Shown: positions 1 to 9,136 of the stretch, piece after piece
How the letters are laid out: each line of letters starts with the position of its first letter
How positions within the stretch are numbered: position 1 is the stretch's first letter
Origin: Chromatiales bacterium
GTDB taxonomy: Bacteria > Pseudomonadota > Gammaproteobacteria > SpSt-1174
Direction: 5' to 3'
NCBI GenBank assembly: GCA_014762505.1
Contig: JABURS010000018.1
Span: 3,889-67,888, forward strand
Length of the DNA: 64,000 bases
Program-made: the position numbers and the translations under genes
Notes under the pieces: model-generated
Database searches by the model: none
What the model saw: only the letters and a program-made list of their open reading frames with translations
What the model was told of the DNA's origin: nothing

Positions 1-56
1 CGACGGATACCGGTGCGCACGAGATCATGATCGTCCACGATGAGGACGCCAATCAT
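1..56 (-). CDS. uvrY: 5' end of UvrY/GacA-family response regulator (runs off window)
   Basis: Reverse strand reads MIGVLIVDDHDLVRTGIR, matching the UvrY/GacA N-terminus; SD AGGGAG upstream. Too short for the ORF track. Confidence 0.75.
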   Translation of the reverse strand, partial: MIGVLIVDDHDLVRTGIR

Positions 57-339
57 AACCTACTCCCTGAGACCTGCCTTTGGCGTTATGTATGAAAAAC
101 CATGTCCGCCACACGATACCACGATTCAAGCGTGGCGCCCGGCAAACCACCCGATACGGCGCAAGCCCATCGGGCCGTTCTCATTTTACATGCCGGACGG
201 GTTTCAGGTAGCCGTCGGGAGGAAACCCGTCCACCCGGCAGCCTCCTGCACAATGCAGGCCGGCGGCATTCTCAGGACACCCGACACCCCGGGGCCTGCT
301 CACCCGCCGACTTGAGCCAGCCCGGCAGGACGCATCAAC

Positions 340-373
340 AAAAAAGGGCGGGGTATCGGCCGATACCCCGCCC
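340..373 (-). terminator. Rho-independent terminator of yceJI
   Basis: Perfect palindrome GGGCGGGGTATCGG/CCGATACCCCGCCC with an A-run on its left (U-tract on minus strand). Confidence 0.85.
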
Positions 374-404
374 CCGTCGTGGCTGGCGACAGACGCGCTG
401 TGGC

Positions 405-983
405 TTACTTGCGCACGCCCTCGATCGACAGAATGATCTCGGCCTCGCGCGACTTCGGGCCCAGCTCATAGTCGATGTTGAAGTCCTTCAGCGCGATGCT
501 GGTGTTGCCCTGGAAGCCGGTGCGATAGCCGCCCCAGGGGTCCTCGCCCTCGCCGACGTGAGTGACGTCGATGCGAACTTCGCGGGTCACGTCCTTCAGC
601 GTCAGGTCGCCGGTCAGCACACCGGTGCCGTCGCCGTTGTCCTTGTAGGCGGTGCTGACGAAGCGCGCGGTCGGGTACTTGCTCACGTCGAAGAAGTCCT
701 TGCCGCGCAGGTGCTTGTCGCGCTCGGCATGGTTGGAGTCGATGCTGGCCACGTCGATGGTCACGTCGATCTTCGACGCCTCGGGCCTCGAAGGGTCATA
801 GGAGAACTCGCCCTCGAAGTCGTTGAAGCGGCCATACAGCCAGCTGTAGCCCAGGTGCTGGATACGGAACTGGATGAAGGCATGCGCGCCCTTGGTGTCG
901 ATCACGTAGTCGGCGGCCGTGGCCAGGCCCGGCACGGACACCGCGAGGGCAAGAACAGCGCCAATCAGGGATTTACGTATCAT
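405..983 (-). CDS. yceI: YceI family periplasmic polyisoprenoid-binding protein
   Basis: Signal peptide then ADYVIDTKGAHAFIQFRIQHLGYSWLYGRF...HAERDKHLR; SD AAGGAG before ATG at 983. Confidence 0.93.
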   Translation of the reverse strand: MIRKSLIGAVLALAVSVPGLATAADYVIDTKGAHAFIQFRIQHLGYSWLYGRFNDFEGEFSYDPSRPEASKIDVTIDVASIDSNHAERDKHLRGKDFFDVSKYPTARFVSTAYKDNGDGTGVLTGDLTLKDVTREVRIDVTHVGEGEDPWGGYRTGFQGNTSIALKDFNIDYELGPKSREAEIILSIEGVRK

Positions 984-1024
984 GCGTCTACTCCTTGGTG
1001 TTGTGAATGAAGCCGCTGTGAAGC

Positions 1025-1564
1025 TCAGGGCCGCAGCATGCGTCGCAGGGTGCGGTCCCTGTTGAAAAAGTGATGCTTGAGCGCCGCCAGGGCATGCAGC
1101 ACGACCAGACCGATGAGTACCCAGGCCAGCCACAGGTGTACGACCCCCGCCACGTCCTCCTGGTTCTCGATGCCCGTGATCGTGGCCGGGACCTCGAACC
1201 AGCCAAACACCTCGATCGGCCGGCCATCGGCCGTGGAGATCAGGTAGCCCGCGAACATGATGGCGAACAGCAGGCTGTACAACGCCAGGTGCACCACGTG
1301 GGCGAGCCGGCGCTCCAGCGGCTTGCCGATCGGGGTCGGGTGGGGATTGACGAGGCGCCAGACCAGCCGCAGGAACACGGCGAGGAACAGCAGGATGCCC
1401 ACCGACTTGTGGATGAAGGGCGCCGTCCGATACCAGTCGTCGTAGTAGGTCAGTTCCACCATCCACAGCCCCAGGGCGAACAGGCCGATCACGGCCAGCG
1501 CCACCAGCCAGTGCAGCAGGATGGCCACCAGGCCATAGCCGTCTGTCGAGTTGCGCCATTGCAT
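1025..1564 (-). CDS. yceJ: Cytochrome b561 (YceJ/CybB family)
   Basis: MQWRNS..YG..LHW, HKSVG, HALAALKHH haem-His motifs; 4 TM; adjacent to yceI. Confidence 0.9.
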   Translation of the reverse strand: MQWRNSTDGYGLVAILLHWLVALAVIGLFALGLWMVELTYYDDWYRTAPFIHKSVGILLFLAVFLRLVWRLVNPHPTPIGKPLERRLAHVVHLALYSLLFAIMFAGYLISTADGRPIEVFGWFEVPATITGIENQEDVAGVVHLWLAWVLIGLVVLHALAALKHHFFNRDRTLRRMLRP

Positions 1565-1614
1565 ACGGACCTCCCTTCGGGGCGACTCCCCAGTCTTCAA
1601 TGGCCCCAGTATCT

Positions 1615-1678
1615 CTGTTGCGAATTGATATATAAATACCTAGTATTTGAAAAGTCTGTTGCTTTATAGAGAACAATT
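1615..1678. promoter_or_regulatory. AT-rich divergent promoter with probable LysR boxes
   Basis: Two TGTTGC-starting AT-rich partial dyads between divergent lysR and yceJ. Confidence 0.4.
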
Positions 1679-2617
1679 ATGGATCGGCTCGAGGCGATGC
1701 GCAGCTTCGTCAAGGTGGTGGAGGCCGGCAGCGTCTCCGGGGCGGCCGACCGGCTGGGGGTGGCAAAATCCGCGGTCAGCCGGCGGCTGCGGGATCTCGA
1801 GGCCCACCTGGGGGCGGAGCTGGTCCGGCGCACCACCCGGCGACTGGCACTCACCGACAGTGGCCGCGCCTATTACGAGCGCTGCCGGCGCATCCTCGAG
1901 GACGTCAACGAGGCCGAGGAGGCCGTCTCCATCCAGCAGGGGCGTCTGGCCGGCCGGCTACGGGTCGCCGCCCCCCTCTCCTTCGGCCTGCAGCACCTGC
2001 AGCCCGCCATCATCGAGTTCATGCGCAGGCATCCGGACGTGCAGTTCGATCTCGACCTCAACGACCGCCAGGTCGACCTCATGACCGAGGGGCTGGACGT
2101 GGGGGTGCGCATCGCCGACCTGGCCGACTCCAGCCTGATGGCCCGCCGGCTGGCCCCGGTCCGCTCCCTGGTCTGCGCCAGCCCGGGCTACCTGGCCGAA
2201 CGCGGCACGCCCGCCACGCCGGACGCGCTCGCCGATCACGACTGCCTGGTCTACACCAACCAGCCGGACCCCTTCCTGTGGCGTTACCAGGATGAAACGG
2301 GCAGGCCTGGCCACGTGGGCATCCATCCACGGCTGGCCGCGAACAACGGCGACCTCCTCTGCGAGGCCGCAGCAGCCGGCCAGGGCATCCTGCTCACCCC
2401 CACCTTCATCGCCTACCGCGACATCGCCGCAGGGCGCCTGCAGCCCATCCTCACCGGGCTGCGCTGGCCACGGATCAATGCCTACGCGCTCTACCCGCAG
2501 ACCCGCCACCTCTCGGCACGTGTGCGCGCCTTCGTCGACTTCCTCGCCGAGCGCTTCGCGGGCGAACCCTACTGGGATACGGAAATCGGCCAGGCGGAAG
2601 ATGGCCACGGGGACTAG
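1679..2617 (+). CDS. LysR family regulator (DmlR/CrgA-like)
   Basis: MDRLEAMRSFVKVVEAGS..AA..LG..KSAVSRR HTH; RTTRRL; substrate-binding domain. Confidence 0.95.
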   Translation: MDRLEAMRSFVKVVEAGSVSGAADRLGVAKSAVSRRLRDLEAHLGAELVRRTTRRLALTDSGRAYYERCRRILEDVNEAEEAVSIQQGRLAGRLRVAAPLSFGLQHLQPAIIEFMRRHPDVQFDLDLNDRQVDLMTEGLDVGVRIADLADSSLMARRLAPVRSLVCASPGYLAERGTPATPDALADHDCLVYTNQPDPFLWRYQDETGRPGHVGIHPRLAANNGDLLCEAAAAGQGILLTPTFIAYRDIAAGRLQPILTGLRWPRINAYALYPQTRHLSARVRAFVDFLAERFAGEPYWDTEIGQAEDGHGD

Positions 2618-2641
2618 CAGGCCTCCCGCTCGCCGCTCGGG

Positions 2642-3538
2642 CTAGAGGTGCGCCAGTGCCTTCTCGGCGCGCTCGTAACCGAGATCGATCATCTCGCGCG
2701 CACGATGAAAATCGAAGATGCCGCAGGCATTCACCGGGATCTCGATCAGCCCCTGCGGATCGTAGGCCGCCATGCGGAAACGGGTGATGCCGTTCTGCAT
2801 GGTCTCGAGCGAGCGCGAGATGAGATCGAACATGTCATAGGACGGCTGCTGCTTGCCCTCGAAGCCGAGCTTCTGCTGAATGCCCTCGATAAACTCACCG
2901 ATGGCCTTCTGGTAGGGGCCGGGCCGGGTGTCGTCCGAGAAACTGGCCGTGCTGTCCTCATCCATTCCCTCCTCCTCGCGACCGCTGAGACTGACCGCGA
3001 TGGTGAGGTCGCCGCGCTCACGCAGCGTGGGCGCGATGGGCACGGGATTCACCAGGCCGCCATCGACCAGCGTGCGCCCATCGATCACCACCGGGGTGAA
3101 GACGGTGGGGATGGCCATGGAGGCGCGTATCGCATCGAACAATGACCCGCGGCTGAGCCAGACCTCCCGCCCCTTCTCCAGGTCGGTGGCAATGGCCGTG
3201 AAGGCGATCGGCAGGTCCTCGATGTTTGCCTCGCCGAGCATCTCGCGCAGCTCCTTCATCAGGCGGTCGCCGCTGAACAGGCCCGACCAGCTGAAGGCGA
3301 AGTCCAGCAGCTTGAACACGTCGCGCCGGGTCAGGGAGCAGACCCAGTCCTCGTAGAGATCGAGCTTGCCGGCCGCATAGATGCCGCCGACCACCGCCCC
3401 CATCGAACAGCCGGCGATGGAGGTGATGTCGAAGTCGCGGTTCTCCTCCAGCCAGCGGATCACGCCGATCTGCGCGAGCCCGCGGGCCCCGCCGCTGCCA
3501 AGTGCCAGGGCGACGTGTCTGGTCTTTCGCTTGCTCAT
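2642..3538 (-). CDS. Patatin-like phospholipase (RssA-like)
   Basis: GSGGARG, GCSMG, DGG motifs; start set at MSKRK because the upstream extension is repeat-derived. Confidence 0.92.
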   Translation of the reverse strand: MSKRKTRHVALALGSGGARGLAQIGVIRWLEENRDFDITSIAGCSMGAVVGGIYAAGKLDLYEDWVCSLTRRDVFKLLDFAFSWSGLFSGDRLMKELREMLGEANIEDLPIAFTAIATDLEKGREVWLSRGSLFDAIRASMAIPTVFTPVVIDGRTLVDGGLVNPVPIAPTLRERGDLTIAVSLSGREEEGMDEDSTASFSDDTRPGPYQKAIGEFIEGIQQKLGFEGKQQPSYDMFDLISRSLETMQNGITRFRMAAYDPQGLIEIPVNACGIFDFHRAREMIDLGYERAEKALAHL

Positions 3539-3626
3539 GGGTTGGTCCCGCTGTCGGCACATGCCGCGCAACAGACTAGCGCAGACCCGCACACGAATAA
3601 CAGGCCCGAAGGCGTCGGCTGTTTTC

Positions 3627-4041
3627 CGGGCAAAAAAAAGCCGAACCAGTTGGCTCGGCTTTTTGAGTATGGCGTCCCCACGGGGATGACGGGGTGCGTC
3701 CCTGCACCCCGCCCTGCGGGCTGCCGCTTCGCGGCGTGCCCGGCGGCTCCCGGCCGCCGGGTCGAACCCTGGGGTTCGCATCCCCGTGGTTCTGCTTTCT
3801 TTCGGGCAAAGAAAAAGCCGAACCAGTTGGCTCGGCTTTTTGAGTATGGCGTCCCCACGGGGATGACGGGGTGCGTCCCTGCACCCCGCCCTGCGGGCTG
3901 CCGCTTCGCGGCGTGCCCGGCGGCTCCCGGCCGCCGGGTCGAACCCTGGGGTTCGCATCCCCGTGGTTCTGCTTTCTTTCGGGCAAAGAAAAAGCCGAAC
4001 CAGTTGGCTCGGCTTTTTGAGTATGGCGTCCCCACGGGGAT
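3627..4041 (-). repeat. tRNA-linked tandem repeat, 177-bp unit, ~2.3 copies (RtT/tyrT-repeat-like)
   Basis: TGGCGTCCCCACGGGGAT (last 18 nt of tRNA-Glu) at 3670, 3847 and 4024; units 3670-3846 and 3847-4023 identical; each has a terminator hairpin. Confidence 0.95.
3632..3664 (-). terminator. Final terminator of tRNA operon (copies at ~3808-3841 and ~3985-4018)
   Basis: A8-GCCGAACCAGTTGGCTCGGC-T5 hairpin. Confidence 0.85.
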
Positions 4042-4099
4042 TCGAACCCCGGTTACCGCCGTGAAAGGGCGGTGTCCTAGGCCTCTAGACGATGGGGAC
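4024..4099 (-). tRNA. tRNA-Glu(TTC)
   Basis: GTCCCCATCGTCTAGAGGCCTAGGACACCGCCCTTTCACGGCGGTAACCGGGGTTCGAATCCCCGTGGGGACGCCA, 76 nt, encoded CCA. Confidence 0.98.
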
Positions 4100-4126
4100 G
4101 CTGTCCTGCTTGTATCCCGCGCAGGC

Positions 4127-4324
4127 CTATTTGCGCGGTGTACCTATCAACAGTGTGGTGGTGAGCCCTGCGAAGGTCAGCAGGAACCCGACCGGGATGG
4201 TGGCGAGAAAGGGTTTTGCCAGTTCACTGGATCCGGTGAACATGAAGCCGAATCCAACGACAATACCCAGTACTGTGATGATGATTCCGGCTATCACGGC
4301 GAAACGCCCGAAGCGTAACATCAT
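4127..4324 (-). CDS. Small 2-TM membrane protein in tRNA spacer
   Basis: 65 aa, two clean hydrophobic helices with basic ends; fills most of the Ala-Glu spacer; weak SD GGTGG. Confidence 0.6.
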   Translation of the reverse strand: MMLRFGRFAVIAGIIITVLGIVVGFGFMFTGSSELAKPFLATIPVGFLLTFAGLTTTLLIGTPRK

Positions 4325-4348
4325 CGACCACCATCAAAACCAAAAAGT

Positions 4349-4424
<76 letters not shown>

Positions 4425-4432
4425 ACACGGGA

Positions 4433-4467
4433 GCGCGCACTTTAAGGCAGTGCGCAGACCTTGTCAA
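4433..4467 (-). promoter_or_regulatory. sigma70 stable-RNA promoter
   Basis: TTGACA-17 nt-TAAAGT then GC-rich discriminator GCGCGC; -35 overlaps the gltX stop codon. Confidence 0.85.
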
Positions 4468-5891
4468 GCACCCGACTGGCCATCCGTTACAGAATTTTTC
4501 TCAACGTATTCAATCGCCTTGGCGAGGCGCGCCAGGGTGCGTTCGCGACCCAGCAATTCCAGGGTGATGTCGATCGGCGGCGACACGCCGCCACCGCTCA
4601 CCGCCACGCGCAGGGGCTGTGCAACCTTGCCCAGTTTCAGGTCGAGCTGCTCGCCGGTGGCGATCACCACCCCGTGGATCGGCTCGGCCCGCCACTCGCC
4701 CAGGGCCTCGAAACCGGCCCTGAGGGACTGCAGCACCGCCAGGGCCTCGCCCTTGAAGTTCTTCTGCGCCGCCTTCTCGTCGTAGGCATCGAAATCCGCC
4801 CAGAAGAAGCGGCTGGTCTCGGCCATCTCCACCAGGGTCTTCGAGCGTTCGGCCTGGCACTTCACCACCTCGGCCAGCGGCGGCTCACCGGCGGGGTCCA
4901 CCCCCAGGTTGCCGACGTGCCAGCTGAGATGGCGGGCGACATGCTCGGGGTCGCTGTTCTTCAGATACTGCTGGTTGAGCCACAGCAGCTTTTCCGGATT
5001 GAAGGTGGAAGCCGAGCGGTTCACGTCCTTCAGATCGAAGAGCTCGATCATCTCGTCCAGCGTGAACACCTCCTGGTCGCCATGGGACCAGCCCAGACGC
5101 ACCAGGTAGTTGATCAGCGCCTCGGGCAGAAAGCCCTCGTCGCGATACTGCATCACGCTCACCGCGCCATGCCGCTTGGACAGGCGCTTGCCGTCGGGGC
5201 CGAGGATCATCGGCACGTGGGCATAGTGCGGCAGCTCGGCGCCCAGGGCCTTGAGGATGTTGATCTGGCGCGGGGTGTTGTTGATGTGGTCGTCGCCGCG
5301 GATCACGTGGGTGATCTCCATGTCCCAGTCGTCGACCACCACGGTGAGGTTGTAGGTGGGCGTGCCGTCGCCGCGGGCGATGATGAGATCGTCCAGCTCC
5401 CTGTTCTGGAAGGCGATGCGCCCGCGGATCAGGTCGTCGAAGGCCACCTCCCCGTCCTGCGGGTTGCGGAAGCGCACCACCGGCTCCACGCCTTCGCGCG
5501 GCGTCTGACGGTCACGGCAGCGGCCGTCGTAGCGCGGCTTTTCCTTGCGCGCCATCTGCTCGGTGCGCATCTGCTCCAGCTCTTCCTTGCTGCAGTAGCA
5601 GTAATAGGCGTCCCCCTGGTCCAGCAGCTGCTGGATGACCTCCTTGTACCGGTCGAAGCGCTTGGTCTGGTAGAACGGACCCTCGTCGTACTCCAGGCCC
5701 ATCCAGGTCATGCCCTCGAGAATGGCATTCACCGACTCCTGGGTGGAACGTTCGAGATCGGTGTCCTCGATGCGCAGGACGAAATCACCACCGTGCTTGC
5801 GGGCGAACAGCCAGGAGAACAGCGCGGTGCGGGCGCCGCCGATGTGCAGGTAGCCGGTGGGGCTGGGGGCGAAACGGGTACGTACTTTCAT
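4464..5891 (-). CDS. gltX: Glutamate--tRNA ligase
   Basis: [16 protein letters not shown] (HIGH), RIEDTD, RLSKR (KMSKS-like). Confidence 0.98.
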   Translation of the reverse strand: MKVRTRFAPSPTGYLHIGGARTALFSWLFARKHGGDFVLRIEDTDLERSTQESVNAILEGMTWMGLEYDEGPFYQTKRFDRYKEVIQQLLDQGDAYYCYCSKEELEQMRTEQMARKEKPRYDGRCRDRQTPREGVEPVVRFRNPQDGEVAFDDLIRGRIAFQNRELDDLIIARGDGTPTYNLTVVVDDWDMEITHVIRGDDHINNTPRQINILKALGAELPHYAHVPMILGPDGKRLSKRHGAVSVMQYRDEGFLPEALINYLVRLGWSHGDQEVFTLDEMIELFDLKDVNRSASTFNPEKLLWLNQQYLKNSDPEHVARHLSWHVGNLGVDPAGEPPLAEVVKCQAERSKTLVEMAETSRFFWADFDAYDEKAAQKNFKGEALAVLQSLRAGFEALGEWRAEPIHGVVIATGEQLDLKLGKVAQPLRVAVSGGGVSPPIDITLELLGRERTLARLAKAIEYVEKNSVTDGQSGA

Positions 5892-6016
5892 GGTCTCGGG
5901 ATCAGGGTTTGCAGGGAAGCAGCAGTTTAGCAGAGGGGCGCACCCCGGTGCACCGCAACAGTGGCAAGCGGGGGCAGATGCTTTATCATTTCGCCATTCC
6001 CGGCGATGATGACGAC

Positions 6017-6772
6017 ATGAACTCAACCCAACGCATGGTCTGGCGCTCCTCCGCCTTCACCGACCCCGGCCGCAAACGGGCGCTCAACGAAGATGCCCTG
6101 TTCGAGAACGCCGAGCTGGGCGTCTGGGCGGTGGCCGACGGCATGGGCGGGCACAAGGCCGGCGACGTGGCCAGCCAGACCATCGTCGATTCCCTGCGCC
6201 GCTTTCGCGCCACCGACAGCCTGGCGGCACGCATCGACGCCCTGGAATCGCTGATCCTGGAGGCGAACGCCGATCTGCTGCATCACGTCGACCGCCCCTC
6301 GAGCAAGGACATCATGGGCTCCACCGTGGCCCTGCTGACCGTGTTCCCGCCACTGGGCATCCTGATGTGGGCCGGCGACAGTCGCATCTACCGCCTGCAC
6401 CGGGACCGGCTGGAACGGCTCACCGAGGACCACACCATGGTCCACGAACTGGTCAAGCGCGGGCATCTCAGCGAAGAGGAGGCAGAGACACACCCCTCGG
6501 CCAATATCGTGCTGCGCGCAGTGGGGGGCGACGCCAATCTCAAGCTCGACCTGGAACAGGTGGAGATCGCCAGCGGCGACCGCTTCCTGCTGTGCTCGGA
6601 CGGGCTCTACAAGGACGTCAGCGAGAAAAGGATCGAGTCACTCATGCGCATTCCGGATATCCACGAGTGCAATCACCGCCTGCGACAGGCCGCACTGGAT
6701 GGCGGCGGCAGCGACAACATCACCTGCATCCTGGTCGACTTTCATCGCCGTGACGAGGCAGCCGGGGCATGA
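6017..6772 (+). CDS. PP2C/PPM Ser/Thr protein phosphatase
   Basis: [29 protein letters not shown] motifs. Confidence 0.93.
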   Translation: MNSTQRMVWRSSAFTDPGRKRALNEDALFENAELGVWAVADGMGGHKAGDVASQTIVDSLRRFRATDSLAARIDALESLILEANADLLHHVDRPSSKDIMGSTVALLTVFPPLGILMWAGDSRIYRLHRDRLERLTEDHTMVHELVKRGHLSEEEAETHPSANIVLRAVGGDANLKLDLEQVEIASGDRFLLCSDGLYKDVSEKRIESLMRIPDIHECNHRLRQAALDGGGSDNITCILVDFHRRDEAAGA

Positions 6773-7038
6773 ATGCGCCGCTCGTCATTCGTCGCCGGCA
6801 GACACCCCTGCGGGCGCTGGCCACCCGTTATGCCAACGAAGAAATCAGCCGGGAAGACTACCTGGTCGAGCGTCGGCGCCTGCTCAACTGCATCGAGCGC
6901 GAGCTACGCGCGTCCGCCGCTCCGGGGCGCGTCGGCCGGTCCTGCCAGCCCGAGGTCACCCCGGGCCAGGGCAACCGCTGGGTGGTGCTGCTCATCGCCG
7001 GCGTGATACTGATCTCGCTGCTACTGCTCTTGCGCTGA
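6769..7038 (+). CDS. Small SHOCT-like protein with C-terminal TM
   Basis: ATGA overlap with phosphatase stop; RYANEEISREDY..RRRLL; hydrophobic tail. Confidence 0.55.
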   Translation: MNAPLVIRRRQTPLRALATRYANEEISREDYLVERRRLLNCIERELRASAAPGRVGRSCQPEVTPGQGNRWVVLLIAGVILISLLLLLR

Positions 7039-7052
7039 ACGCCCTGCCCGGC

Positions 7053-7937
7053 TCAGGCCTCGCAGACGAATCCGATCTGCCCCTCCGGGCCCGCCTTGCG
7101 CTCACCGAGATAGACGGTGCCACTGCCCCAGAGATCCAGCTCCTGATGCTTGAGGAACACCTCCTTGCCGTTCTGGAAGCGCACGTAGCTGCCATTGCGG
7201 CTCTGATCGACCAGCACGAACTTTCCCTGGCGGTATTCGAAGCGCGCATGGAAGCGGGAGACGAGATTTCCCTCGGCGATGATGTCGGACTGGGGGCTGC
7301 GCCCGGCGATCATGGCGCTGGTCTTGGCCGAGACACGCCAGTCGCGGTCGCGATACGTCAGGCGCAACACCCCGCTGGCCAGCCCGCCCTGCTCGTGCGT
7401 ATCGGCCAGGCTGCCGAAATCGTTCTGGTCGCAGACCAGCTCGTAGACCGCCTGGTCGTCCTGCGGGGACAGGCGTTCGGGCAGCTCATAGACCATCTGC
7501 CGAAAGACGGGCGACAGGTGCTCGGCCGTGTCCTCGGTGAGCAATATCTGCTTGCGACCAGCCAGCGCGGCGATCTGTGCGGCGCCGGTGAACACGGGGG
7601 CGCCAAAGGGGTCGTCCCCCAGGGGGATGACGCCAAAGTGCATCCCCATGCGGTACATCACCTGTGTCTGACCGATGCCCAGCGAGGTCTCGAACAGGCC
7701 CTGTATGTCGCAGGCGGCACGCACCGCTTCGTCCGGTGTGGGAAAACGCATCAAGAGGGTGTTGCCGCCCATGCGCAAGGGCTGACCGCCGTGGTGGCGA
7801 CCGGTCTGCATCACGCGTTCCACGCAGGGGTCGTCCTGCGCGCCGACATTGGCAAGGTCCACGCCCGAATCGTTGACGCTGATCCGCTCACGCAGATCGA
7901 TGGACATCACAACCCCTTCCAGCTGATCGACGGTCAT
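7053..7937 (-). CDS. Degenerate class III cyclase-like domain + FHA domain
   Basis: RMGMHFG and QILLT cyclase-fold motifs; FHA motifs GR, VSRFHA, SRNGS. Confidence 0.8.
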   Translation of the reverse strand: MTVDQLEGVVMSIDLRERISVNDSGVDLANVGAQDDPCVERVMQTGRHHGGQPLRMGGNTLLMRFPTPDEAVRAACDIQGLFETSLGIGQTQVMYRMGMHFGVIPLGDDPFGAPVFTGAAQIAALAGRKQILLTEDTAEHLSPVFRQMVYELPERLSPQDDQAVYELVCDQNDFGSLADTHEQGGLASGVLRLTYRDRDWRVSAKTSAMIAGRSPQSDIIAEGNLVSRFHARFEYRQGKFVLVDQSRNGSYVRFQNGKEVFLKHQELDLWGSGTVYLGERKAGPEGQIGFVCEA

Positions 7938-7954
7938 GCGTTGGCCGGCTCCGG

Positions 7955-8593
7955 TCAGTACTTTCGTTCGAGTTCCATGACGGTATCGGACTTGCTCCAG
8001 TGCAGCCGGTCCAGGAAGGACAGCCCCAGCAGCACCTCGGAGGGGCTGCCGCCCTCGAGCACGATGGCGTCGACATTGGTCAGTTCGATGTCGCCCACCT
8101 TCACCCGGTCGAGTTTGACCTGGTAACCGGTCGTCACGCCGTTGGCCGTGGAGACACCGATCTGGCGGCCCGACTTGTAGTTCAGCCCGATGCTGCGGGC
8201 ATGGCCGGAATTCATGGCCACCGAACTCGCCCCGGTGTCCACCAGGAAGTGGACCATGGTGCCGTTGATGAAGCCGTTCGTCTCGAACATGTTGCGCGTC
8301 GAACGGTAGATCTGATGTTTCTTGCCCGGTCCCGGTGCCGTGTAATTGGCACCGATATGGGTACCGAGCCGGTATTCCACCTGTTTGCCGTCGATCTCGA
8401 ACACCGCCTTCTCACTGTCGGCATCGACGAGCATCACGCCCTGCGGACTGGTCTCGCCCCGGGACAGCACCATGCGCTCACCATCGATCTTGACCACGGC
8501 CTTGCCCGGGAACAGGCCCACCACCGTGATGTCGGCCGCCATCAGCGGCAGCACCAGGATCATGCCGACAAACAGGACCAACAGACGTTTCAT
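7955..8593 (-). CDS. Clan AA (retropepsin-like) aspartic protease, TIGR02281-like
   Basis: Signal peptide; FLVDTGAS, STANG, LLGLSFL. Confidence 0.9.
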   Translation of the reverse strand: MKRLLVLFVGMILVLPLMAADITVVGLFPGKAVVKIDGERMVLSRGETSPQGVMLVDADSEKAVFEIDGKQVEYRLGTHIGANYTAPGPGKKHQIYRSTRNMFETNGFINGTMVHFLVDTGASSVAMNSGHARSIGLNYKSGRQIGVSTANGVTTGYQVKLDRVKVGDIELTNVDAIVLEGGSPSEVLLGLSFLDRLHWSKSDTVMELERKY

Positions 8594-8632
8594 GCCCCTC
8601 TCCTCACAGCTTCGCGCGGCATCCCGCCACCA

Positions 8633-9136
8633 TCAGCCCGCAGCATAACTTGCCCAGCCCCAGGCGGCCAGTTGCAGGCCGGCCAGGGAGAAGAGTCCCG
8701 CGATCACGTCGTCGAGCATGATGCCGAGCCCGCCGTGCACGTGCCGGTCGAACCAGCGTATGGGCCAGGGCTTGACCGCGTCGAAGAACCGGAACAGGAC
8801 AAAGCCCAGCAGCAGCCATGTCCACCCGGCCGGCGCGGCCAGCAGGGTGATCCACAGGCCGACGAACTCGTCCCAGACGATGCCCGGGTGATCGTGCACG
8901 CCCAGGCGCCGCGCCGATTCGCCGCACAACCACAACCCCAGCAGCGTCGCCAGCAACACCACCGCGAGATAGCCCCACCACGGCAGCGGCTCCATGAGCA
9001 GGTAGAGCGGGACGGCCGCGAGCGTCCCCCAGGTACCGGGGGCGGGCCGGATCAGGCCACTGCCGAAGCCGAAGGCGAGAAGATGCACCGGGTCGCGGAA
9101 TATCTCGCGCGGCGTGACGGGGGGATAGCGCTTCAT
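8633..9136 (-). CDS. pgpA: Phosphatidylglycerophosphatase A
   Basis: GFGSG..APGTWGT, HDHPGIVWDE, FRFFD..KPWP, DDVIAG. Confidence 0.96.
   Translation of the reverse strand: MKRYPPVTPREIFRDPVHLLAFGFGSGLIRPAPGTWGTLAAVPLYLLMEPLPWWGYLAVVLLATLLGLWLCGESARRLGVHDHPGIVWDEFVGLWITLLAAPAGWTWLLLGFVLFRFFDAVKPWPIRWFDRHVHGGLGIMLDDVIAGLFSLAGLQLAAWGWASYAAG

Noticed and set aside
57-339. CsrB/RsmZ-like RNA upstream of uvrY; hairpin at ~195-232
   Set aside because: Too few GGA loops and no matching promoter-terminator pair
405-1676. 423-aa ORF suggesting a fusion
   Set aside because: Upstream part overlaps yceJ in another frame; yceI has its own SD and signal peptide at 983
3627-4041. Possible CRISPR array
   Set aside because: Units are identical with no variable spacers; no cas genes; the repeat derives from the tRNA
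3515-4318. ORFs with 59-aa repeats (3515-4318, 3535-4035, 3576-3986) and the extended patatin N-terminus
   Set aside because: Artefact of the 177-bp (59-codon) non-coding repeat; they run through terminators and the tRNA
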